A stretch of DNA of 64,000 nucleotides from a virus, in the IMG/VR virus record IMGVR_UViG_3300006037_000005, positions 32,001 through 96,000 of that record. One strand, 5' to 3'. Shown one piece after another: positions 55,822-64,000 of this stretch. Both the position numbers and the translations under genes were made by a program. Each line of letters opens with the position of its first letter. Positions within the stretch are counted from its first letter, which is position 1. A model generated the notes under the pieces. That model was given only the letters and a program-made list of their open reading frames with translations. It did no database searches and had not been told where the DNA came from.

Positions 55822-56134
55822 GAGAAGTCAATTGATTATCGGAACAATAGAATCTTTCACATTCTTTTGGTGCACCCTGTAGCGAGGTTAATTCGTTGCG
55901 GTCACAATAAAACCTCCAGGATTCTTTTGGTGAACCTTTTAATGAAGTTAATTTATTGTTAGAACAATAAAAAACCCCATCTACAATTCCGAATTGAACT
56001 GGAATTTCCTTTAATCCTTTATTTGAGATATCAACATACCCATTAACGTCGACTGTTAGATCGTCATTAATTATGTAATTATTGATACCCATTTCATTAA
56101 GCCATACTCGAATCTCTTCTCTGCTTTTTAACAT
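55637..56134 (-). CDS. Leucine-rich repeat protein (FxCSxNxLTSLxGxP repeats)
   Basis: Three 20-aa repeats; paralog of 63006..63557; GATAAATA upstream. Confidence 0.8.
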   Translation of the reverse strand: MLKSREEIRVWLNEMGINNYIINDDLTVDVNGYVDISNKGLKEIPVQFGIVDGVFYCSNNKLTSLKGSPKESWRFYCDRNELTSLQGAPKECERFYCSDNQLTSLEGAPKMSKIVSDFSKEEIEAYKNGGKIKESTMDDKDRKKFWNEFYKNSTRFGKKNKKYAS

Positions 56135-57820
56135 AATATTTCTATTTTTTTATATTTATCTTCTTGCCACTATTTCAAATTCTTGATCAACATAGTTAGT
56201 ACACATACCATGGTTTTTATTAATAAAAATGATCCTATCACCATTGTGTTTATACGGATTTGCATATATACCAGAAGATGCATTCCTGTCTAAATGTCTT
56301 ATATCTAAAACAAGATGCTCTATAGTGTAAAGTTGTTTATTGATCTTATGTTTGTAGATATTCATGGTTTATCATTTTGAACTCACTCTTTTTTAATATC
56401 TCTATAGATACCACCATGTTCCTTGTATTCGTGATCTGTTATGGCACACACCACTTTTCTTACTGTATCAAGATCAACCCCTATTTTTCTGCTCAAATTT
56501 TGCATCTCACTCGTATTGGTTGGTAAATAGACGGGAACAATACCTTTCGAGAAAGCATCCATTGTGTTATTAACTACCATTAACTCCTCTTTGGATAAAC
56601 TAAACAGTGATGTTACACGTTTTGATAGGCCACTTAGTGTGGTAACATATTTTTCATTATGTACGTTCATTGATACCTTTAAGTGTGCTTTGAAAACGTC
56701 TATTAATCGTTCTGTTAAGGAATATAAATCATTAGTCTCTCTAATCCTCTGTTTGAGAGAAACTATATCTTTATCTTTAGATGCTAATTTGCTCTTTGGG
56801 ATTTCTTTATAATCTTCTTTTAACATATACATCTGATTCCTCAGTATGTCTGCTAGTATCATCATGTGAAGCTCGTTGTGAGTCATGTTTTATTCGTTAT
56901 CAATAACTAATTTTATACCAAATAATATTGCTTTTGCACTCCACTAGCAATTTTAGCGGTGGATATATTACTCCTGCAATCTTTCCAACTCATATCTTAC
57001 CAAAGCCATTTCATCAATAGCCCTAATATGTTCTTCAATTTTTTCACGTTCTTTAATCAATTTGATTACTTCTTCGTTGTTTGTTGCTTTTGTCCAATCT
57101 ATCATATCCGTAAATTTTACTATCTGCTAACAGTTCATATAACCCCCCAATTGATATAATATTTTGACTTTTTATGAAATTTACTTGATACGAAATCATA
57201 CTCAATTTTATAAACAAGATTATTACCGAAATCAATATCATATACATTACACACATCTACGAGTCTTTTAAAATCATCATCTATATAAAAATCGTTCAAA
57301 GTGTCCAATAAGGTATCATGGGAATTAATGAACAAATTAATACCAAGAGTCCATCTGAAAACATTTTTTGCTATCAATTCAAACTGTTTTTTGTTTGAAA
57401 ATGTAGAATCTATGAAAACATTTTTTATTTTATTTTCTTTTATATAGTTATACAAATATTTATCATATCCATCTTTATCTGAAGATTTCGAAAGATGTAA
57501 AAATGGTTGTAAGATATTTGGTAAATTGCCCATGACACCCATGGATTGGGCAAATTTAGAGGCAATATCTATTTCATTGGGAATGATGGAATCGTTTTCC
57601 AAAATAATCGTGTGTGATTTACCATGGATATTTAAAAAATATCTGTTATCAAAGCATTCGATTATTTTATTGTTATTCAAGAATATTTCCCAATCATAGT
57701 AAGTACCAAAATAAATCCCATCATTTTGGCGTATCAAAATACCACAATCTCCATTAAAATTTTTTTGGCAATAAGCATTTATGATGCTAAGATCCTGTTC
57801 CTTTATAAATGTTTTTAATT

Positions 57821-58267
57821 TCATATCACTCCATGATTTAATTTTGTGAAAATGTGTGGTTTCCTTATCATGGTGTTGTTTGCAACACCTTTGATTTTAT
57901 CAAAACCAAATTTCCTATATAATTTTATAAGAGCATCTATATCAGTACCAAAAGAAGAATCTGGCTTTATAAAAGATTTCAATTTATGTTTATCGCAAAA
58001 ATCAGAAATTTCTTCCAAAACTTTAGTACCAAACCCCTGTCTTCTATATTCTTCTTTTATTTCTATTAAGCAGATATTTAGAAAATCAGATTTCACAGAA
58101 CAATTCAAACACAATGATTGAATAGGATATTTGTTCAAGAGATTGTTCTTTAAGCAAATAGTAGCAAGTTGTATATCATCACCATTATAAAGCATATTGT
58201 ATTTCTGCTCTGATTCAGTATGGATGATATTTTCTATTTTCTTTGTCATTGTCTTATGGATTTTCAA
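57821..58267 (-). CDS. GNAT family acetyltransferase
   Basis: IEIKEEYRRQGFGTKVL motif A and LYRKFGF. Confidence 0.8.
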   Translation of the reverse strand: MKIHKTMTKKIENIIHTESEQKYNMLYNGDDIQLATICLKNNLLNKYPIQSLCLNCSVKSDFLNICLIEIKEEYRRQGFGTKVLEEISDFCDKHKLKSFIKPDSSFGTDIDALIKLYRKFGFDKIKGVANNTMIRKPHIFTKLNHGVI

Positions 58268-58475
58268 TAATGGCTGTCAAATTTTGTTCAAACCATATGG
58301 ACATCTTATCTCGTGTTGGTGTGTCGTGCACACTAAATTTTATTGCATCATATTTTATATGATCTGGTAGTTTATTATAGCAAGCAACTATACCCTCATC
58401 GCTTTTTATATTTAAACCAGTTGCATCAAAAATCACATCATGCAATCTATTTAGTGAATCTCTATCAAATTTTGT

Positions 58476-58523
58476 TACCATTTTTTATATTTTGACTGCT
58501 ACCATTTTTTATATTTTGACTGT
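58476..58523. repeat. Tandem duplication, 2 x 24 bp, covering the start of ORF 58254..58481
   Basis: TACCATTTTTTATATTTTGACTG(C/T) twice. Confidence 0.85.
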
Positions 58524-58574
58524 TACTACTTCTATATAAGGCACTAAATATACCTGCGGACGTTAGCCGTAATG

Positions 58575-58907
58575 TTAAGAACGTCTGTGCTTAATATCTC
58601 CTGACATAGTAGAAATAGAACCACCAACCATATTGCAATCAACATCACCAGACATTGTAGAAATAGAGCCATCAACATCGCCAGTAACTTCAACATCACC
58701 ACTTTGAGTTGAAATTGATTTTACACTTCCTTCAACTGATACCTTGTTGCAAGCGTCTACCTTCAATTGTTCAATATTACCAACAACTGAAATATTAATT
58801 TCTTTGCTGTCAGGCGTTACATCTTTGCCGTTAATTATGACTTTGCCATTTGTTACTACAATACTATTACCTGAATATGTATTGCCATTAATTGTAATTG
58901 TACTCAT
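58575..58907 (-). CDS. Small beta-solenoid repeat protein (DUF4097-like)
   Basis: Repeats of GSISTMSGDV. Confidence 0.6.
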   Translation of the reverse strand: MSTITINGNTYSGNSIVVTNGKVIINGKDVTPDSKEINISVVGNIEQLKVDACNKVSVEGSVKSISTQSGDVEVTGDVDGSISTMSGDVDCNMVGGSISTMSGDIKHRRS

Positions 58908-58914
58908 TTTTATA

Positions 58915-59538
58915 TCAAAATTTTCTTGATCCTATATTAAACACTTCTAACTCACCCAGAGATTTAAAAATTGTATTACCAACTTCTACGCTTTTTGATA
59001 TACCATAATGAGAAAATATGAACATCGATGGTATATGTATCTCTAACAGTCTATCAAGAAATTTATTGGTTGGAGTAAGTTGCGTGGTATCTGCGAAATG
59101 GTGCGATACTGACGAAGGACATTCATGGCTTATAACAACATATGGTTTGTGGGTAGCATAAGATACAGAACATTGTTGCATGTCATAAAATGATAATTCT
59201 TCTCTTTCAAAATAATCAACATCCAATGTTCTAAATATCCTATCTCTTGATTGTGCACCTCTTACGAAGAACATCCCGTTGTGCATACCAAAATCACCAA
59301 GACTGTACTTCGAACCAAGATAATTCAAATCATCATTATTTCCAAACAAAATTTTATTCTTGCTGTTGTTAGTACAATTTTCATGCCATTCATGATCTTC
59401 TCTAAAACCAAAATCACCAAGTTGTACAGTATCAACTCTTTGGTTAGAATGTAGAATATCTTTATAACTTTCTATTGATGAATGACATGATCCTATCAAT
59501 ATTGTTTTTTTAATTTCCTTGTATAATCTACCTCCCAT
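58915..59538 (-). CDS. Metallophosphoesterase-like protein with degenerate metal ligands
   Basis: IGSCH, QLGDFG, GNND, SHECP, SHY in place of GDxH/GD/GNHD/H/GHxH. Confidence 0.7.
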   Translation of the reverse strand: MGGRLYKEIKKTILIGSCHSSIESYKDILHSNQRVDTVQLGDFGFREDHEWHENCTNNSKNKILFGNNDDLNYLGSKYSLGDFGMHNGMFFVRGAQSRDRIFRTLDVDYFEREELSFYDMQQCSVSYATHKPYVVISHECPSSVSHHFADTTQLTPTNKFLDRLLEIHIPSMFIFSHYGISKSVEVGNTIFKSLGELEVFNIGSRKF

Positions 59539-60171
59539 TTTGTATCAAAAAATCTAAATCTTTTATCATGTCTTTTTCCAAATCAGCCCATGTGCTCCAA
59601 TTGTGTGCTGGATTCTTTAATTCGAGATTTGGATAAGTACCTTTGTACTTTTTGATAAAATCTTCCTTTGAAAATCTTGGTTTATGTATATTGTAATAGA
59701 TTTTAAGTTTTCTAATATCATCGTTTGATGCATATTCTGATATTTTATTACAAACATCATCAAAATCAAATTCTACAATGTGGCGAAAACCAGGATCTAC
59801 AACCATATTTGTATCTTTCACAAAATTCTGTGAGATTTCCCCATTGTAATATAACAGGATTTTATGATTTCCAATACCCAAATCAAGATAAGATCTAAAG
59901 AATTTCATATTGAATCTATCCTTTTTGTGTTCTTTTTCCATCTCTTTGGCTTTAATATAACAATTCAAAAGCGATTGATCTTGTTCAGATAAGATACCAG
60001 AATTTGCTCCACAACAGAAATATGAAAAACCAAAATCTTCTAAAGGCAGATATGATACTGGTGGTTTTATATCAGATTCAAGCGATATCACATGGTTTGA
60101 ATTGTAGTATAAACTAAAATTTTTGTTAGAATTCCAATATTCAAGATTCATTGATAAGCATCTCATATTGC

Positions 60172-61671
60172 TCATTTAGAATTTATTATTTTTGTGATTT
60201 CATTGTCTATTTTAACAATATAAACACCTTGTTGTTCTATGAACATTTTGTTATCAAAAATTTTGTAATCCACATCATATCCTTGTATATTTTTAACAAA
60301 ACCTATTTGGCCTTTTATATTAAAATAACCATCTTGGCTAGGATTCGGATAGATCATATCATTTTGTATAGTATATTCATCTATAACGTTCACTATGGCT
60401 TGATTACCTATTGTGATTCTATGAAATGAATAATATCTTTGTTCATAAAATGTTATGCTACCATCTGTGTATTGAATATTATCAGATAAAACAGAACCCC
60501 CATCAATTGTTATATTATCATCATATTTTATGGTTTTCATACTAGACAAATCATCACTGATTCTCACTAAATATCTACCATCATTGCTATATCCTACAAA
60601 ATCTAAATCACCATTGTTGCTTGCCAAGAATTTTTTAATATACAATTGTGAGTTAGATGCAGTGCTTATGTTCATAAGATTACCGATAGCACCAGTAGTT
60701 CCATCCATTGTCGTCAGAAATTGGATTTCTGGTCTATCCATGTCTCTGCCAAGTAAATATATTTTGTTGGATTTTGAGAAAATCGGTTGTGGACCAACAC
60801 CATAAGAATAAAAATTTGTACTAAAATTTTTAATATTTAGATTTGTATCAAGTTTTATCATACGTGGATTAAGTCGATAGGTATCAGAACCAGATAGATA
60901 GATATCAGAATCATTTATGAATATTGAGAAATTATATTGTTTATCTTGGTAGAGTGCTATAACAGATCCAACACTGTCTATTTTATAATTTTGTAGTATT
61001 CTATATTTTGTTAAAATGTGTTTATACATTGTAACAGTTTTGTTGTTGACAATTTTATATTCAGATGTTGTACTTTGAACATATAAAGAATTTTTGTATT
61101 TGGTAGATTTCAATTCAGAATTTTCAAAATAGCCATAACCATAATCATATGGTAAAAATTTGTTATTGGCTTTGTTGGTTGAAATTATATCACCATTTAG
61201 TGGATTTATTACCATATTTTTCACACAACGTTCATTGGGCTTTGTAACAATTTTACCTGAGTCAATAAGAACCCAATTTACCATCACATAGTTTTGTATG
61301 GTATCAACCATATACATCAAATTCAATTTACCATTATTGTATGAGAAATCAACGAGATCGCAATTTTGGTAATATTTGTCTGTTCTTTGTACCTTCAGAA
61401 TATTTGTATTCCAGACTGTAACCCCATCAACGATTTTAAATATTGAGAAATTATAAAGACTGTCTTTTTCAGAGATTACTGTGTTGTTGAAAATACCACC
61501 CCTATACTTGGCTTTTGATAGATAATATCTTTCGTTGCCAACTTCTATGACTTTCTGAATGTTGATACCCAAATAATCTTTTTGAATCGATTCATTAGAA
61601 ACTTGTGAGAACATCTGATTTGATACCATAATTGATATCAAGATTGCGATTACTTTAGAGAGATTTTTCAT
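60172..61671 (-). CDS. Secreted protein with T9SS type A C-terminal sorting domain
   Basis: Sec signal ending FSQ; C-terminal IYPNP...NIQG...GVYIVKI...KII. Confidence 0.8.
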   Translation of the reverse strand: MKNLSKVIAILISIMVSNQMFSQVSNESIQKDYLGINIQKVIEVGNERYYLSKAKYRGGIFNNTVISEKDSLYNFSIFKIVDGVTVWNTNILKVQRTDKYYQNCDLVDFSYNNGKLNLMYMVDTIQNYVMVNWVLIDSGKIVTKPNERCVKNMVINPLNGDIISTNKANNKFLPYDYGYGYFENSELKSTKYKNSLYVQSTTSEYKIVNNKTVTMYKHILTKYRILQNYKIDSVGSVIALYQDKQYNFSIFINDSDIYLSGSDTYRLNPRMIKLDTNLNIKNFSTNFYSYGVGPQPIFSKSNKIYLLGRDMDRPEIQFLTTMDGTTGAIGNLMNISTASNSQLYIKKFLASNNGDLDFVGYSNDGRYLVRISDDLSSMKTIKYDDNITIDGGSVLSDNIQYTDGSITFYEQRYYSFHRITIGNQAIVNVIDEYTIQNDMIYPNPSQDGYFNIKGQIGFVKNIQGYDVDYKIFDNKMFIEQQGVYIVKIDNEITKIINSK

Positions 61672-61698
61672 TTTATCTTTGTTTATATAAATAATATA

Positions 61699-61713
61699 GC
61701 AAAAATCGTGCCA
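61699..61713 (-). promoter_or_regulatory. Sigma-54 (-24/-12) promoter
   Basis: TGGCACGATTTTTGC, 28 nt before ATG 61671; five TGTCA/TGACA boxes at 61747-61780. Confidence 0.82.
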
Positions 61714-62473
61714 AAATAATTTAATTTAATTTAGTTATTATCAACATGTCAAATTGTCATGACAAACTGTCAATCTGTCATGCTGTGGGAATTATTTTGT
61801 CGTGACAGATTTGTTGTTATCATATCCAACCATAGCAATTTCTTGCAAGAATTGCTTAATGTTTTTATATAGCTGTGATTCGGTATTGAAATGTAAAACG
61901 ACAGTAGCATCTATTCTACAATATGTGTAGCCAGTTGTGCAATTGGTGATAAATTCTATATCCGTGTCTTCTATTGAAAAAATATTTGTTGTCACTGAAA
62001 AATCTGTTGCGTTTTCTATATTAATATCATGTTCGTGTGATATCAATCTCTCGATCAAAGTCTGAATTCTTGTTATCTTTGGTTTCATATTTCTATTTTG
62101 ACATTTTGGAAATAAACAACGGAATCGTCAATTATTCTGAGAAGAGATTGTTTCTTTTTATCGGGGAGTTCTGATTCTTTAACAAGCTTTATTGAGAGTT
62201 CAAATTGTTCCTGTTCTACCAAGCCTTCATAATCGGAGGTGTTTGGAGATGATAAAAATTGTAAATTTATATCGTGTTCTATATAAAATTTATTAGCTAC
62301 AGCTTTTATAATAGGGATATGGGCTTCGTTTGTTGTTATGAAATTGACATATTTATAATTTTCAAATTTCAAGCTTTCTATGCAGATCTGGATTTGTTTA
62401 TTTGTATTAAATGATACATCGAAATGTAAATTTATCTTTGGTACTTTGTGTGATTTTTTAGCCATATAAAAAC

Positions 62474-62505
62474 AATTTTGACCAAACAATTGTTTGGTCA
62501 AAATT
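62474..62505. terminator. Perfect 32-bp palindrome (terminator or operator)
   Basis: AATTTTGACCAAACAA|TTGTTTGGTCAAAATT; related to 63942..63977. Confidence 0.55.
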
Positions 62506-63005
62506 TTATATTAGGAAATTGTTATGGTTTCTTATAACAATCTATATGAATCTCTATCATAAGAATTCTGAGTAACCGATACAGATTTATTTAAATTACT
62601 AATAAGTTGTGATATAGTTTTAGGGTTTTTATTTATCTTACTATCATATTCATTACCTGTTAAAAGAGTATAACTAAAATGATTAATCAGTTCATCCAAT
62701 GTACCAGTTGTTTCCCTGTCCCTATCTTTTCGTGTTTTAACAATAGTATATGTTGATTGTGTCTTTGATTCTTATACTCTAAATTTTGAAAGTCTTGTTG
62801 GTTTCAAAGATTCAACAATTTTAAGAAAATATTCCATTCTAATTCTATCTATATTTTCTTTTTTATCGAAAGTGTCTATATAATCTCTCAATTCTGATAT
62901 TGAGACATCAGCATCTTTATAATATTTCAAATCTCCAGATTTATCACAATAATCCATAGATATAAATGATATTTCTGTGTTGTCTTCCAAATTGTCTATA
63001 TGTTT

Positions 63006-63557
63006 TTAATCTTTCCTAAATTTTGAAAGTCTTGATTCTTTGATTTTTCCACCATTTTTATAAGCTTCAATTTCTTCTTTAGAAAAATCCGATATTATAT
63101 CAGAAGATTTTGGTGCACCTTCAAGGGAAGTTAATTTATTATTATAACAATGAATCTCTCTACATTCTTTTGGTACAAATTTCAATGTGGTCAATTTATT
63201 GTTGTAACAATCAAATTCTGTGCATTCTTTTGGTGCAAATTCTAATGAAGTTAATTTATTGTTGGAACAATTGAAATACCAACATTTTTGTGGTGCACCC
63301 ACTAGCGAAGTCAATTTATTATGTGAACAATAAAACCCAACACATTCTCTTGGTGATCCTTTTAATGAAGTTAATTTATTTCTTGAACAATCAAAATCAC
63401 GTACCACAATTCCAAATTGAACTGGAATTTCTACTAATTTTTTGTTTGATATTTTTACAGTACCATCAACATCAACTGTTAGATCATCATTGATTGTGTA
63501 ATTTTTGATTCTCATTTCGTCAAGCCATGCTTGAATTTCTTCTTTGGTTTTTAACAT
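63006..63557 (-). CDS. Leucine-rich repeat protein (paralog of 55637..56134)
   Basis: Five FxCxxNKLTSLxxxP repeats; ends GGKIKESRLSKFRKD. Confidence 0.82.
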   Translation of the reverse strand: MLKTKEEIQAWLDEMRIKNYTINDDLTVDVDGTVKISNKKLVEIPVQFGIVVRDFDCSRNKLTSLKGSPRECVGFYCSHNKLTSLVGAPQKCWYFNCSNNKLTSLEFAPKECTEFDCYNNKLTTLKFVPKECREIHCYNNKLTSLEGAPKSSDIISDFSKEEIEAYKNGGKIKESRLSKFRKD

Positions 63558-63580
63558 AATGTTTTTGGTTTCTATTTTAT

Positions 63581-63931
63581 TTAATACAAATCATCAACAC
63601 CAACACCTTTCATATTTTCATGGAATTGCGATGGATCAAAGAATGTTTGAATTCTTGTTGTGTCATCGAAATATCTACCAAGAACTTCTGAATCTGTCAT
63701 CAAAATTCTATCCTCTGATTCTTCATTCAAGAAATAAACACCAGAATATTGAGTAAAAAATATTCTATCTCCAACCTTGAGGCTTTTAACATTGTCACCG
63801 ATTGATTCTATTGTACCAGAATTTGGTCTGTGTTGTCTTTGTGAACCAAATATATTTATGAAAATACCAGATTTTGTTGTGATTGGTTGACCGTCTTGAA
63901 CAACAATTATATTATTTTTGAGAGGCTTCAT
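63581..63931 (-). CDS. groES: Co-chaperonin GroES-like protein
   Basis: MKPLKNNIIV, TKSGIFI, GTIESIG, LKVGDRIFFTQYSG, SEVLG; likely start at 63931. Confidence 0.88.
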   Translation of the reverse strand: MKPLKNNIIVVQDGQPITTKSGIFINIFGSQRQHRPNSGTIESIGDNVKSLKVGDRIFFTQYSGVYFLNEESEDRILMTDSEVLGRYFDDTTRIQTFFDPSQFHENMKGVGVDDLY

Positions 63932-63941
63932 ATTGTGAAAA

Positions 63942-63977
63942 ACAATTTTGACCAAGTAATTACTTAGTCAAAATTGT
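63942..63977 (-). terminator. 36-bp near-perfect palindrome upstream of groES
   Basis: ACAATTTTGACCAAGTAA|TTACTTAGTCAAAATTGT; the single mismatch is a U-G pair on the minus strand, followed by a T run. Confidence 0.55.
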
Positions 63978-64000
63978 AATAAAGATTATTTTAAAAGTTT

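Noticed and set aside
55637-63557. Diversity-generating retroelement TR/VR pair in the LRR paralogs
   Set aside because: Both copies are coding, differences are not adenine-specific, and no reverse transcriptase is present.
29-63756. Most short plus-strand ORFs in the track
   Set aside because: They are antisense shadows of longer minus-strand genes with no recognisable motifs.
1-64000. Genome-wide stop codon reassignment
   Set aside because: Long core genes are intact in code 11, all three stops end genes normally, and the interruptions seen use different codons (TAA ~24101, TGA 51093, TAG ~8196).

Overview
A very AT-rich, gene-dense stretch of a large (jumbo-type) tailed phage genome, almost entirely on the minus strand. 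It has T4-like replication/recombination genes (gp41 helicase, UvsX, gp46/gp47), a gp6-like baseplate gene, GroES, ThyX, two C5 DNA methyltransferases, two ECF-type sigma factors, tRNAs and many small hypothetical ORFs. A T9SS sorting tail and AT-rich, SD-poor start regions point to a Bacteroidota host. Main observations: (1) a PurA-family gene with the diagnostic residues of PurZ (2-aminoadenine, Z-DNA synthesis), with no recognisable datZ/mazZ in the window but with an adenosine-deaminase homolog and a divergent nuclease/Mom-like gene; (2) four sigma-54 (-24/-12) promoter motifs, each with upstream TGACA boxes, one in front of a putative T9SS-secreted protein; (3) a ~2 kb cluster of tRNA-shaped and other structured non-coding elements, including a duplicated element with a compensatory indel; (4) a sigma factor fused to MORN repeats. 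All functional calls come from motif recognition by eye; no searches were run.
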